A stretch of DNA of 56,578 bases from Nisaea sp. (GCA_042088965.1 JBELLC010000002.1:1-56578); one strand, 5' to 3'. Positions 45,216-56,234 are shown, counted from the stretch's first letter. The notes: a model not told the origin generated them from the letters alone. Numbers and translations are program-made.

Positions 45216-46826
45216 ATGGCTGGAAAAGATCACTATGATGTCGCCATTATTGGCGGTGGTCATAACGGCCTTGTGGCAGCAGGGTATCTGGCCCGCAGCG
45301 GATTATCCGTGATTGTGCTGGAGCGCCGCGGGATTGTCGGCGGCGCAGCGGTCACCGAAGAATTTCACCCCGGCTTTCGAAACTCGCTGGCCTCATACAC
45401 CGTCAGCTTGCTGAACCCCAAAGTTATCCGCGAGCTAGAATTGGCAAAATATGGCCTGAAGGTGGTTGAGCGACGGCTTACAAATTTCCTGCCCCTGCCA
45501 GATGGCCGCTCCCTATCCCTCGGCAGTGATGACGCTGCAAATCAGCAGGAGTTTGCCAAGTTTTCAGCAACCGATGGTGCGCAATACACCGCTTATCAAG
45601 CCATGCTGGATGGCGTGGTCGCCGAGTTGCGGCAATTGGTGGGTAAAACCCCGCCTAATCTTGGGGGCGGTTGGGGTGAGCTATTGAAAGCCTTAAGCCT
45701 TGGCAACCGCCTGCGACATCTAGGGTTATCCCGGCAACGCGATTTGCTTGATCTGTTCGCTAAAAGTGCAGGTGATATGCTGGATAACTGGTTTGAGGGC
45801 ACAGCCTTAAAAGCACTGTTGGGCTTTGATGGAATTGTTGGCAGCTACGCCAGCCCCTATACCCCCGGCACGGCCTATGTCTTGTTGCATCACGTATTCG
45901 GTGACGTAAACGGCAAGCAAGGTGCCTGGGGGCATGCCATTGGCGGCATGGGGGCGATCACCCAGGCGATGGCAAAATCGGCGATGGCCGCCGGCACGGT
46001 AATCGAAACCGATGCCGAGGTGAGCGAAGTGACCACGACCCAAGGCCGCGCCCAAGGGGTGGTTTTGGCCGATGGCCGAAAAATTACCGCACGGGTGGTT
46101 GCCGCCAATATTCACCCCAAGATTTTATTGCAAAAAATGGTTGATCCGGCGCTCATCGACAGCGACACCCAACGGCATATTGCCGGTTATCGTTCCGGCT
46201 CTGGCGTGGTGCGGATGAATGTGGCGCTGTCAGAATTACCGCGCTTCACCGCAAAACCTGCGATCGGTGATCATCATACCTCTGGCATCGTCATCGCCCC
46301 GAGTTTGGATTACATGGACCGCGCCTATCGCGATGCGCGCCAGCACGGATGGGCACAGCAGCCGATTATCGAAATGCTGATCCCGTCGACCCTTGATGAT
46401 AGCTTGGCACCACCGGGCCAGCACGTTGCAAGCTTGTTTACCCAGGCCTTTGACCCGGACTTAAAGGCCCTCGGTGCCGGGGCCAGTTGGCATGACCACC
46501 GCGACACTGTCGCTGATCTCATTATCGACACCGTTCATCAGTTCGCCCCAAATTTCAAAGCCAGCGTGATCGCCCGCCGGGTGCTAACGCCTTTAGATCT
46601 GGAAACCGAGCTTGGCTTGCTTGGCGGCGATATCTTTCATGGCCAATTAACCCCCGACCAGCTCTTTTCCGCCCGCCCCATTTTAGGTCATGGCGATTAT
46701 CGTATGCCGGTGAAGAACCTTTACCTGTGCGGCTCTGGGGCGCATCCTGGCGGCGGTGTTAGCGGCCTTCCTGGCCATAACGCCGCCGCTGAAATCATTG
46801 CTGATATGCGCTGGCGGCGCGTTTAA
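45216..46826 (+). CDS. Phytoene-desaturase-family NAD(P)/FAD-dependent oxidoreductase
   Basis: It has the FAD fold YDVAIIGGGHNGLVAAGYLARSG...ERRGIVGG and the C-terminal GSGAHPGGGV. Confidence 0.8.
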   Translation: MAGKDHYDVAIIGGGHNGLVAAGYLARSGLSVIVLERRGIVGGAAVTEEFHPGFRNSLASYTVSLLNPKVIRELELAKYGLKVVERRLTNFLPLPDGRSLSLGSDDAANQQEFAKFSATDGAQYTAYQAMLDGVVAELRQLVGKTPPNLGGGWGELLKALSLGNRLRHLGLSRQRDLLDLFAKSAGDMLDNWFEGTALKALLGFDGIVGSYASPYTPGTAYVLLHHVFGDVNGKQGAWGHAIGGMGAITQAMAKSAMAAGTVIETDAEVSEVTTTQGRAQGVVLADGRKITARVVAANIHPKILLQKMVDPALIDSDTQRHIAGYRSGSGVVRMNVALSELPRFTAKPAIGDHHTSGIVIAPSLDYMDRAYRDARQHGWAQQPIIEMLIPSTLDDSLAPPGQHVASLFTQAFDPDLKALGAGASWHDHRDTVADLIIDTVHQFAPNFKASVIARRVLTPLDLETELGLLGGDIFHGQLTPDQLFSARPILGHGDYRMPVKNLYLCGSGAHPGGGVSGLPGHNAAAEIIADMRWRRV

Positions 46827-46855
46827 CCCCTGCCCTAAAAGAGATATAAAAGCCA

Positions 46856-47476
46856 ATGAAACAAATGCGCGACATCATGCACCAAGGACCAATGGTCCCC
46901 GTTGTGACCATTGATGATGCAGGGATGGCTGGCGACCTGGCCGCCGCCTTACTCGACGGTGGGATCAATGTTATTGAGGTGACCATGCGCACGCCTGAGG
47001 CGTTGCCAGCTGTCGCTGAAATTCGCCGCCAACACCCCGCGATGACCGTCGGTGTTGGCACCATCATCCATGAGCATGACCTTGATGCAGCCCATCGGGC
47101 AGGCGCGCAATTTGCTGTTTCACCAGGACTGGCCAGCACCTTGATTAACCATGCCCAAAGCCTAGATCTGCCGTATTTGCCGGGCATTCAAACCGCCAGT
47201 GAAGCCCTGCAAGCTGTCCGCCTTGGCGTGACCGAATTAAAGTTTTTCCCGGCGCTGAGCAGCGGCGGCACTGACCATCTGACGCAATTACGGCCCCTCT
47301 ACCCCGAGGTCGTATTTTGCCCAACCGGTGGTCTGAGCTTTGACAATGCCGGTCACTTTTTGACCTTGCCGAATGTTGCCTGTATTGGCGGCAGTTTCGT
47401 CACCCCAGCGGCGGCCATGACGGCGCGGGATTGGCCCGCCATCACCGCCCTGGCCGCCCGCGCCAGCCAATTATAA
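46856..47476 (+). CDS. eda: KDPG / 4-hydroxy-2-oxoglutarate aldolase
   Basis: PVVTIDD, INVIEVTMRTP, and KFFPA with the Schiff-base Lys are present. Confidence 0.85.
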   Translation: MKQMRDIMHQGPMVPVVTIDDAGMAGDLAAALLDGGINVIEVTMRTPEALPAVAEIRRQHPAMTVGVGTIIHEHDLDAAHRAGAQFAVSPGLASTLINHAQSLDLPYLPGIQTASEALQAVRLGVTELKFFPALSSGGTDHLTQLRPLYPEVVFCPTGGLSFDNAGHFLTLPNVACIGGSFVTPAAAMTARDWPAITALAARASQL

Positions 47477-47506
47477 CGGATACCCTCTACCTTCAGGAGT
47501 TTACCT

Positions 47507-48121
47507 ATGCTGTTAATCGGCCGATATCTGTCGCCTTTTACGCGCCGCACCGCCATCGTTATGAAAACCCTTGGTGTGGCGTTTGATACCAAAATCATGG
47601 CCGCCGACCCGGCCTCTCAAGAGCTTGTCGCGATTAACCCGCTCGGCCGCGTACCGGCGTTGATCATTGATGACAACCTGACATTGGTTGATAGCAAGAT
47701 CATCGTTGATTATGTGCTGGAAACTGCCGATCCGGAGCATCACTTAATTGCCGCCCGCGGCCCTGACCGGCACGCCGTCCTGGCCTTGGCGGGCATTGCC
47801 GACGGCACCGCTGAAAAAGTTGTTGCGGCCATTTATGAGACCAAACGCCGACCAGAAGATAAACGCCATCAGCCTTGGCTAGAGCGGCTCACCTTGCAAG
47901 CCAGTAATGGCCTCGCCCATCTGAACAGCGCCGCCGAGGGCCGCCAATTCCTGCATGGCGATCGCTATAGCTTGGCAGATATTTACGCCGCCGTGAGCTA
48001 TGAATTTACGGCCATCGGCTACCCTGATTTAGTGGCCAATGACCGATATCCAGCCCTCGCTGCATTGTCAGCACGTTGCAGCGCCTTGCCTGCCTTTGCA
48101 GAGACAGTGCCGCAAGCTTAA
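47507..48121 (+). CDS. Glutathione S-transferase
   Basis: It has an N-terminal thioredoxin-like GST fold (SPFTRR, NPLGRVPAL). 204 aa. Confidence 0.8.
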   Translation: MLLIGRYLSPFTRRTAIVMKTLGVAFDTKIMAADPASQELVAINPLGRVPALIIDDNLTLVDSKIIVDYVLETADPEHHLIAARGPDRHAVLALAGIADGTAEKVVAAIYETKRRPEDKRHQPWLERLTLQASNGLAHLNSAAEGRQFLHGDRYSLADIYAAVSYEFTAIGYPDLVANDRYPALAALSARCSALPAFAETVPQA

Positions 48122-48147
48122 TATGAAGTGTCCAGTGCCGTTGGTAA

Positions 48148-51100
48148 TTAGCCAGCGGCCTGCACCTCGTTGCTGACAGGATGTTCCAAACGGCCCAGCA
48201 TTTCCTTTGGCACGACTTGCCAGAAATGCCCTTCTTCTTGCACCCAATCAATAAGCAAGCGTTCAACCAAGCTTGATTGTGTCTCAGCGGCATGTTCACG
48301 CAACATTTGTTTTAGACGATCTTCCCAATACGGCGTTTCGATCCGTTGATGAATGACGGTGTCATCATTTACCCGCGCTGAAAAAGTCCCGGTGGGATCA
48401 TAGATAAAGGCAATCCCGCCGGTCATACCAGCCCCAAAGTTGTTTCCAACTTCGCCCAGAATGACAACGGTGCCGCCCGTCATATATTCACAGCCGTTAG
48501 AGCCACAGCCCTCGACCACCGCATCAGCGCCACTATTGCGCACCGCAAAACGCTCGCCCGCTTGTCCGGCAGCAAACAGTTTACCCTTGGTTGCGCCATA
48601 TAGCACGGTATTGCCAATAATGGTGTTTTCCTCGCTGGCAAAAGTAACGACCGTCGAGGGGCGCACCACAATGGTGCCACCCGAGAGCCCCTTGCCAACA
48701 TAGTCATTGGCATCGCCATAGACTTTAAGTTTCAATCCTTGAACGGCAAATGCCCCAAAAGACTGCCCTGCTGAGCCCCGCAAGCGCACCGTCAAATGGT
48801 CTGGCTGCAAGCCTTCCATACCATAGCGGCGCACGATATGAGACGACAATCGGGCACCAATGGTGCGCTGGGTATTTCGGATATTGTAGGTCAGCTGCAT
48901 TTTTTCGCCTTCATCTAAAAAGGCGCTGGCATCAACAAGCATTTGCGCGTCAAGCGTATCCGGCACTTCGTTTCGGCCCTGGAGGGTATTGTGGATCGGC
49001 AAGCCGCCAGAATCTGGCTGCACCAATAACGGATTAAGATCCAGATCGTCCAGCGAAGGATCACCCCGACTAACCTGCGCCAGCAAATCGGTGCGACCAA
49101 TAATTTCCTCAATGGATCCGACCCCAAGCTCGGCCAGAATCTCGCGAACTTCTTCGGCAACAAAAGAGAACAGGTTCATCACCTTCTCCGGTGTCCCATC
49201 GAATTTAGCGCGCAGATCCTCGTCCTGGGTACAGACCCCAACTGGACAGGTATTGGAATGGCATTGCCGCACCATGATGCAGCCCATCGCCACCAAAGCG
49301 GCAGTTCCAAGACCAAATTCCTCGGCACCAAGCATGGCAGCGATGACCACATCACGGCCGGTTTTAATGCCGCCATCAGTGCGCAAAGTTACCCGGTGAC
49401 GCAAACGGTTGAGGGTGAGAACTTGATGTACTTCAGATAAGCCCATTTCCCACGGAATACCAACGTATTTGATGCTTGATTGCGGGCTGGCACCGGTGCC
49501 ACCGCCGTGGCCCGAAATCAAAATCGTATCTGCCATCGCCTTGGCAACGCCGGCGGCAATGGTCCCAATGCCAGACGATGCCACCAATTTGACACAGACT
49601 CGCGCCTTTGGATTGATCTGCTTCAGATCGTAAATCAGCTGCGCCAAATCCTCGATTGAGTAAATGTCGTGATGGGGCGGCGGTGAAATAAGCGTTACCC
49701 CGGGGGTTGAATGGCGCAGCCGGGCAATCATTTCGTTGACCTTGATGCCCGGCAACTGGCCACCTTCGCCAGGCTTGGCACCTTGCGCCACTTTGATTTC
49801 AATCTCCCGGCAGTTATTCAGATATTCTGCCGTTACCCCAAAACGGCCAGAGGCAATCTGCTTAATCGCAGAGCTGGCGTTATCGCCATTTGGACGTGGC
49901 TTGAAGCGTGCAGGGTCCTCGCCGCCCTCACCAGAATCAGATTTTGCGCCGATCCGGTTCATGGCTATTGATAAGGTTTCGTGCGCTTCCGGGCTCAACG
50001 CGCCAAGGGAAATTCCCGGGGCGACCAAGCGTTTACGGATCGCTGTGATGCTTTCAACTTCTTCAATTGGTTTGGCCGATCCATGCGCCTTGAATGACAT
50101 CAAATCACGCAAATTAATGGGCCCTTGGCGGCCAATCGTATCACTATACTGACGGTACATGTGATAGCTGTCTGTGGCACAGGCACTTTGCAATGTGTGA
50201 ATCATGCTACCTTCAAAAGCATGCCGCTCACCGCCATGGCGCAGGCGGTATTGACCGCCCACAGGCAAGGTCACAACGTCGCCATCAAAGGCGCGTGTAT
50301 GCATCCCAATGATCCGCTGCTCCAACCCCTGCAAACCAAGGCCAGAAATTCGGGAGGTCATGCCCGGGAAATGCTTGGCCACCAACGCACGCGACAGACC
50401 TACGGCTTCAAAATTATAGCCACCGCGATAGGATGACAGAACTGAAATGCCCATCTTCGACATAATTTTGAGCAAGCCATCCTCAATCGCTTTTTTAAAA
50501 GACGAGACGCAATCCGTCAGCGACCGACTACCCAGCAAGCCACGACCGTGACGATCTGCAATAGCTTCTTGGGCGATATAGGCATTGACAGTGGTGCCAC
50601 CAACACCGATCAAGACTGCAAAATACTGAACGTCGAGGCATTCGCCGCAGCGCACATTTAAAGACGTGAATGTGCGCAATTGCTGGCGCACCAAATGGGC
50701 GTGAACAGCACCTGTGGCCAAAATCATTGGCACGGCGGCACGCTCAGCAGATACAGCTTCATCCGTTAAGATCACATGGGTATGACCGCCGCGCACCGCA
50801 TCTTCAGCGTCCTGGCAAATGCGATCAAGAGCATCCGACAAGGCCGAAGCCCCTTTGTTAACAGCAAAGGTGCAATCAACCACCGCGGCTGTTGCGCCCA
50901 TATAATCGCGCATCGCCTCAAATTCAGCATTGGTTAACACCGGCGATTCCAAGCGCAAATGTTCGCACTGTTCCTGGCTTTCATCGAGAATATTGCCAAG
51001 ATTACCAAGCCGTGTCCGCAAGGTCATCACATGGCGTTCGCGCAAGGAATCAATGGGCGGATTGGTTACCTGGCTAAAGTTCTGCCGGAAGAAATGATGC

Positions 51101-52686
51101 AAGCCGCGGTACTGGTCCGAGAGCACTGCCAAGGGCGTATCATCCCCCATTGAGCCAACAGCCTCCTTGGCCCCATCGGCCATCGGGTGCAGGATCAATT
51201 CCATGTCTTCCATGGTCCAGCCTGCCAGCACCTGACGGCGGCGCAGCTCTGGCCGGGTCAAGCGGGCCGTTTCCTCATGATCGGCGCGGATAATGTCATC
51301 GATTTTGGTCGACGTTTTAATCCACGCGCCATAGTTTTCCCGGCTGGCCAAATGTTCTTTGATCTCATTGTCATGGTACAGCTTGCCGTCTTTTAAATTG
51401 ACGACGATCATTTGCCCCGGATCAAGACGGCCTTTTTCCAGCACATTGGCCTGGTCAACACGCACCATGCCTGTTTCCGAGCCGACAATGATCAAATTAT
51501 CGCGGGTGATGGTATAGCGCATCGGCCGCAGACCATTTCGGTCCATGCCGCCAAGCACCCATTTACCGCCATAGGCAGCGATTGCTGCCGGGCCATCCCA
51601 TGGCTCCATCACAGCATTACAATAGCCATAAAGATCGCGTAAATCGTCTGGCATATCCGCATTTTCATCCCATGCTTCTGGGATCAACATGGTCTTTGCC
51701 ATTGGCAATTGCCGACTGGTCCGCACCAGTAACTCAAGAACCGCATCTAAAGCAGCAGAATCGGAACTATGGGCCTGAATAATCGGCTTAATCTCTTCAA
51801 TCCGATCACCAAAGGACGGATGCGCCATCCGCGGCTCATGGCAGGCCATCCAATTCGTATTACCTTTGACCGTATTGATTTCACCATTATGCGCCAACAC
51901 CCGAAACGGCTGCGCCAATTGCCAGGTTGGAAAGGTGTTGGTGGAATAGCGTTGATGGTAGATAGCAAAATTTGAGATGAACCGCTCATCCATCAAGTCA
52001 GGATAGAACGAGGTGACCTGTTCAGCCAAAAACATGCCTTTATAGATGATCGACCGGCACGACAGCGAGCAGATATAAAAGTCATTGATATGTTCTGCGA
52101 GGACAGCCTTTTCGATCCGCCGCCGGATCACGAAAAGATCGCGCTCAAAATCACTCTCATCATGCTCTGGCGGTGAGGAAATCATGATTTGCTCAATTTC
52201 AGGGCGGCTGGCATTGCCTTTTTCGCCAATCACCGAGATATCGACAGGCACTTGGCGCCAGCCATAGATGGTAAAGCCGTAGTTGAGAATCTCTTGCTCA
52301 ACAATCGTTCGGCAGCGTTCCTGGGCCATGAAATCGGTCCGTGGTAAAAACACTTGGCCAACCGCCATATAAGCGTTGTCATCCATCGAATGGCCCGTGC
52401 GCTCCACATGCTCACGGAAGAAATCTTGGGGGATTTGCAGATGGATACCGGCGCCGTCGCCTGTCTTACCATCGGCGTCAACAGCGCCCCGGTGCCAAAT
52501 TGATTGCAAGGCTTGAACGCCTGCCAACACGACCTCACGGCGGGGCACCCCATCAATGGCCGCAACAAAGCCAACCCCACAGGCGGCGTGTTCATCATCA
52601 GGGTTATAGGCATGGGCCGCCTCTAGAAGAGCTGCATTTGCCTGCCAAGCAGCATTTTCAGCCGCCCCTTTGGTTTGATCCGTCAT
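48148..52686 (-). CDS. gltB: Glutamate synthase (NADPH) large subunit
   Basis: 1512 aa. It has the N-terminal amidotransferase Cys (HAACGVGF), the FMN/3Fe-4S domain and the C-terminal GXGXG beta-helix. Confidence 0.97.
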   Translation of the reverse strand: MTDQTKGAAENAAWQANAALLEAAHAYNPDDEHAACGVGFVAAIDGVPRREVVLAGVQALQSIWHRGAVDADGKTGDGAGIHLQIPQDFFREHVERTGHSMDDNAYMAVGQVFLPRTDFMAQERCRTIVEQEILNYGFTIYGWRQVPVDISVIGEKGNASRPEIEQIMISSPPEHDESDFERDLFVIRRRIEKAVLAEHINDFYICSLSCRSIIYKGMFLAEQVTSFYPDLMDERFISNFAIYHQRYSTNTFPTWQLAQPFRVLAHNGEINTVKGNTNWMACHEPRMAHPSFGDRIEEIKPIIQAHSSDSAALDAVLELLVRTSRQLPMAKTMLIPEAWDENADMPDDLRDLYGYCNAVMEPWDGPAAIAAYGGKWVLGGMDRNGLRPMRYTITRDNLIIVGSETGMVRVDQANVLEKGRLDPGQMIVVNLKDGKLYHDNEIKEHLASRENYGAWIKTSTKIDDIIRADHEETARLTRPELRRRQVLAGWTMEDMELILHPMADGAKEAVGSMGDDTPLAVLSDQYRGLHHFFRQNFSQVTNPPIDSLRERHVMTLRTRLGNLGNILDESQEQCEHLRLESPVLTNAEFEAMRDYMGATAAVVDCTFAVNKGASALSDALDRICQDAEDAVRGGHTHVILTDEAVSAERAAVPMILATGAVHAHLVRQQLRTFTSLNVRCGECLDVQYFAVLIGVGGTTVNAYIAQEAIADRHGRGLLGSRSLTDCVSSFKKAIEDGLLKIMSKMGISVLSSYRGGYNFEAVGLSRALVAKHFPGMTSRISGLGLQGLEQRIIGMHTRAFDGDVVTLPVGGQYRLRHGGERHAFEGSMIHTLQSACATDSYHMYRQYSDTIGRQGPINLRDLMSFKAHGSAKPIEEVESITAIRKRLVAPGISLGALSPEAHETLSIAMNRIGAKSDSGEGGEDPARFKPRPNGDNASSAIKQIASGRFGVTAEYLNNCREIEIKVAQGAKPGEGGQLPGIKVNEMIARLRHSTPGVTLISPPPHHDIYSIEDLAQLIYDLKQINPKARVCVKLVASSGIGTIAAGVAKAMADTILISGHGGGTGASPQSSIKYVGIPWEMGLSEVHQVLTLNRLRHRVTLRTDGGIKTGRDVVIAAMLGAEEFGLGTAALVAMGCIMVRQCHSNTCPVGVCTQDEDLRAKFDGTPEKVMNLFSFVAEEVREILAELGVGSIEEIIGRTDLLAQVSRGDPSLDDLDLNPLLVQPDSGGLPIHNTLQGRNEVPDTLDAQMLVDASAFLDEGEKMQLTYNIRNTQRTIGARLSSHIVRRYGMEGLQPDHLTVRLRGSAGQSFGAFAVQGLKLKVYGDANDYVGKGLSGGTIVVRPSTVVTFASEENTIIGNTVLYGATKGKLFAAGQAGERFAVRNSGADAVVEGCGSNGCEYMTGGTVVILGEVGNNFGAGMTGGIAFIYDPTGTFSARVNDDTVIHQRIETPYWEDRLKQMLREHAAETQSSLVERLLIDWVQEEGHFWQVVPKEMLGRLEHPVSNEVQAAG

Positions 52687-52698
52687 CTCATGTATTCC

Positions 52699-54153
52699 TT
52701 ACGACGCAGCAGCCAGCGGCGCATTCGCGGCGACTTGCTGTTGAATATATTTATGAATGTGCTCGGCCGCGTTACGGCCATCTTGAATGGCCCAAACCAC
52801 CAGTGAGGCCCCGCGGACAATGTCGCCTGCGGCAAAAACCCCATCAAGGTTTGACATGGATGTGCGTGGATCAGCCAAAACCGTCCCCCACCGCGATACC
52901 TTTAACTCTGGCGCATCAAACAAAACCGGCAGTTCTTCTGGATCAAAGCCTAGCGCCATGATCACCATATCCGCCTCAATATCTTGTTCTGACCCCGGCA
53001 CTTTACGCGGCGTTTGCCGACCGGTCGCGTCGGCCACACCGAGATGAATGGCGCTACAGCGGACAGCCCGCACATGGCCATTTTCACCATCTAAAAACGC
53101 TTCAGGTGCCGTCAGCCAGACAAATTCTACACCTTCTTCTTCTGCATTCGCCACTTCCCGCAGGGAACCTGGCATATTGGCCCGGTCCCGCCGGTAAAGG
53201 CATTTCACCGATTTTGCGCCTTGTCGCACGGCTGTCCGCACACAATCCATGGCCGTATCACCGCCGCCAATAACGACAACGTTTTTACCCGCCGCATTCA
53301 AGCTGCCATCGTCATAGGCAGGGACGTCATCGCCGAGACCTTGGCGGTTGCTGGTGATCAGAAAATCAAGTGCTGGATAAATGCCTTCCTGGCCAATGCC
53401 AAGCGCTTGGATTTGACGGGCTTTGTAGACCCCTGTGGCAATCAAAACAGCATCATGACGACGGCGTAAATCGGCCAAGCTGGCGTCGCGGCCAATTTCG
53501 AAGTTAACCCGCATCTCAATACCCGCTTCAACAAGCCGGGTGATTCGCCGCTCGACAACCTCTTTTTCCAACTTAAAGCCCGGGATGCCATATATCAGCA
53601 ATCCCCCCATCCGGTCATAGCGGTCATAGACGGTGACCCCATAGCCGGCCCGCCGCAGCTGTTCGGCGGCCGCCAAGCCGCCCGGTCCGCCGCCGATAAT
53701 GCCGACGGATTGGCCGCGCTCTGGGCCGACCGAGATCGGCCGCACCCAACCATTTTCAAATGCTGTCTCGGTGACAAACCGCTCAACCGCGCCAATGGTG
53801 ACTGATTTAAAGCCTTTTTCGATCACACAATTGCCTTCACATAAGCGATCTTGCGGGCAAATTCGGCCACATATTTCCGGGAAATTATTGGTCGCGCTGG
53901 ACACTTCATAAGCTTCTTCTAAACGGCCTTCCGCCGCCAGCATCAACCAATCAGGAATGTTATTGTGTAAGGGGCAGTGAATTTGACAAAACGGCACGCC
54001 GCATTGCGAACACCGGCTGGCTTGATTGCGCGCACCATCCACTGAAAACTCGTCATAGATCTCACGAAAATCTTCAACCCGTTTGTCGGTATCGCGTTTG
54101 CCTGGCGTTTGTTGCGCCTTGTCGACAAATTGTAGCATGCGATCGGTGGTCAT
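52699..54153 (-). CDS. gltD: Glutamate synthase (NADPH) small subunit
   Basis: RCSQCGVPFC...CP Fe-S motifs and two GxGxxG dinucleotide folds are present. The ATG at 54153 is preceded by GGGAGAG. Confidence 0.95.
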   Translation of the reverse strand: MTTDRMLQFVDKAQQTPGKRDTDKRVEDFREIYDEFSVDGARNQASRCSQCGVPFCQIHCPLHNNIPDWLMLAAEGRLEEAYEVSSATNNFPEICGRICPQDRLCEGNCVIEKGFKSVTIGAVERFVTETAFENGWVRPISVGPERGQSVGIIGGGPGGLAAAEQLRRAGYGVTVYDRYDRMGGLLIYGIPGFKLEKEVVERRITRLVEAGIEMRVNFEIGRDASLADLRRRHDAVLIATGVYKARQIQALGIGQEGIYPALDFLITSNRQGLGDDVPAYDDGSLNAAGKNVVVIGGGDTAMDCVRTAVRQGAKSVKCLYRRDRANMPGSLREVANAEEEGVEFVWLTAPEAFLDGENGHVRAVRCSAIHLGVADATGRQTPRKVPGSEQDIEADMVIMALGFDPEELPVLFDAPELKVSRWGTVLADPRTSMSNLDGVFAAGDIVRGASLVVWAIQDGRNAAEHIHKYIQQQVAANAPLAAAS

Positions 54154-54455
54154 TATGCACTCTCCCTCTCTTCTGCGGCCCGCGCTGGATGCTGACCGCA
54201 TAATGGACGGCTTCTATAATCGACAATCATGAAAGAATCCAGCGAAAACCCTCAAATAGGTCAACAATCGTTACCTTTTTTGCCTTCATGCGTTTTTAGT
54301 TATTACGAAAGAAGTCACAAAAGAGACCAAAAAAATATTTTAGGTCCGAAACGGGACCATTTCTTCCGCAGTATCCTTGGTTAGAAAATGCTAGTCTGGT
54401 GCCTCGATGGATCGGCGCTGCCGGACGACCACGAGATAAAACAAGGACCGCCGTA

Positions 54456-55256
54456 TTGTCGTTTTTGCATATTTTGGTCATCGCGATCATCCAAGGTGTG
54501 ACAGAGTTTTTGCCCATAAGCTCGTCTGGACATTTGGTTTTGATCCCACACTTAACCAGCTGGCCCGACCAAGGCCGGTTGATGGATGTGGCGGTTCACG
54601 TTGGCACACTCGCGGCAATTTTAATTTACTGTTGGCGGTCCCTGTTCCGCATGTTGGCGGGGGTGGTGTTGATCCTTCGCGGACGTTCAAATGACGGCTT
54701 CCGGCAATTTAGCCTGCTGATCGTCGCCACCCTGCCCGTTGTGATTGCTGGCTATGGGATGGCAAAATACCTCAATACCCCCTTGCGCGGTGTTGAGGTC
54801 GTGGCCTGGGCCACGCTGGGCTTTGGGATTTTGCTTTGGGTGGTTGATCGGACCGCCATGACCGTTCGCCAGATTGCGCATTTGACCTTTCGCGACGCGC
54901 TGATTATTGGCCTGGCACAGGTTCTGGCGCTGATCCCCGGGACCAGTCGGGCGGGCATCACCATGACCGCGGGCCGCTTATTAGGCATGGAGCGCGCGGC
55001 AGCGGCCGAATTTTCCTTGCTGTTGGCCATCCCGGCCATCCTTGGCGCAGGCCTGTTAGAAGGCCAGACCCTATATAGCAGCGGCAATCTTGCGCTGACC
55101 AAGGACGCTGCGATTGCTGCAGGTCTTGCCTTTGTCACAGCCTTAATCGCCGTCGCCTTGATGATGGCCTGGCTGAAACGCGCGAGCTTTGCGCCGTTTG
55201 TTATGTACAGGGTCGTCTTGGGCGTCGGACTACTGAGTTGGATTTATTGGCCATAG
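54456..55256 (+). CDS. uppP: Undecaprenyl-diphosphate phosphatase
   Basis: GVTEFLPISSSGHL and PGTSRAG are present. I prefer the TTG at 54456, which has AAGGA 8 nt upstream and gives 266 aa. The ORF-track GTG at 54399 is possible. Confidence 0.85.
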   Translation: MSFLHILVIAIIQGVTEFLPISSSGHLVLIPHLTSWPDQGRLMDVAVHVGTLAAILIYCWRSLFRMLAGVVLILRGRSNDGFRQFSLLIVATLPVVIAGYGMAKYLNTPLRGVEVVAWATLGFGILLWVVDRTAMTVRQIAHLTFRDALIIGLAQVLALIPGTSRAGITMTAGRLLGMERAAAAEFSLLLAIPAILGAGLLEGQTLYSSGNLALTKDAAIAAGLAFVTALIAVALMMAWLKRASFAPFVMYRVVLGVGLLSWIYWP

Positions 55257-55286
55257 AGCCGAGCCGACAGACCCGGCATCACGGCA

Positions 55287-56234
55287 TCAGATCCGGGCAG
55301 CGTTGTACATGCCACCAGGGCGATAACGCCGCAGATAGGTTGGCAGCACAGACCAAAACGACGTCGCCTCAATCCCCAGATCCGCCAGCGTCAATGCGTC
55401 TTCAGCAACCACATTATCGGATTGCAACAGTGTGACTTGATCGCGTGTCAGCGGCGGATTAGGCAGAAGTTCTAAGAACCGGGCCTGCACACGTGCCAGC
55501 CAAAACGGCAGCGGCACAAATGGCCGCTGGCGCTGGGTTTGTTCCATCACAATGGTCATCACCTTGCGCAAAGACACCACGTCTGGGCCGCCCAGCTCAT
55601 AGGTTTTGCCCGCCGCCTTTGATTGCCCAAGCACCGCCAGCACGGCGGCAGCGACATCATCGACATAAACAGGCTGGAACAGCGTCCGTGCACCGCCGAT
55701 CAACGGCATAGCAGGGGCTTTCGCGGCCAAATCAGCAAAACGGTTGAAAAACCCATCGTCAGGGCCAAAAACCACACTTGGACGCAAAACAACTGTATCA
55801 GGAAAGGCCTTGCGGGCATTTTCCTCGCCAGCGGCCTTGGTGCGCGCATAGGCAGATTTTGAGTCCGCATCAGCCCCAATCGCCGACACCTGCACCAACG
55901 AGCGTACCCCCGCCGCAGCTGCCCCAGCCGCAATCATCCCCGGCGCATCAGCATGCACTTTTGAAAAGCTATGGCGGCCATGGGGGGCCAGCAGGCCGAC
56001 CAAATTGACCACATGATCAGCACCTGTCAGCGCCCGTGAGACGGCATCTTTATTCAGCACATCGGCTTTAACGACAGCAACCTGTCCCGGCATCCCCATG
56101 GTTTTGAGAGATTTCGCCGCTTCAACATCGGTACAGCCGACAGTCACCATTGCGCCCTGTTGGGTCAATAGCCGCACAATTGCGCGGCCGATAAACCCTG
56201 ACCCACCAAAAACTGTGACTCGCTCACCTCGCAT
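55287..56234 (-). CDS. NDUFA9-like / NAD-dependent epimerase-dehydratase family protein
   Basis: VTVFGGSGFIGRAIVRLL is present. The length and pattern match alphaproteobacterial complex I 39-kDa subunit homologues. Confidence 0.8.
   Translation of the reverse strand: MRGERVTVFGGSGFIGRAIVRLLTQQGAMVTVGCTDVEAAKSLKTMGMPGQVAVVKADVLNKDAVSRALTGADHVVNLVGLLAPHGRHSFSKVHADAPGMIAAGAAAAGVRSLVQVSAIGADADSKSAYARTKAAGEENARKAFPDTVVLRPSVVFGPDDGFFNRFADLAAKAPAMPLIGGARTLFQPVYVDDVAAAVLAVLGQSKAAGKTYELGGPDVVSLRKVMTIVMEQTQRQRPFVPLPFWLARVQARFLELLPNPPLTRDQVTLLQSDNVVAEDALTLADLGIEATSFWSVLPTYLRRYRPGGMYNAARI

Noticed and set aside
54202-54398. A glutamine (glnA-motif) riboswitch upstream of gltD.
   Set aside because: I found no recognisable conserved core and only a 5-bp hairpin. 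The region is reported only as an unexplained long leader.
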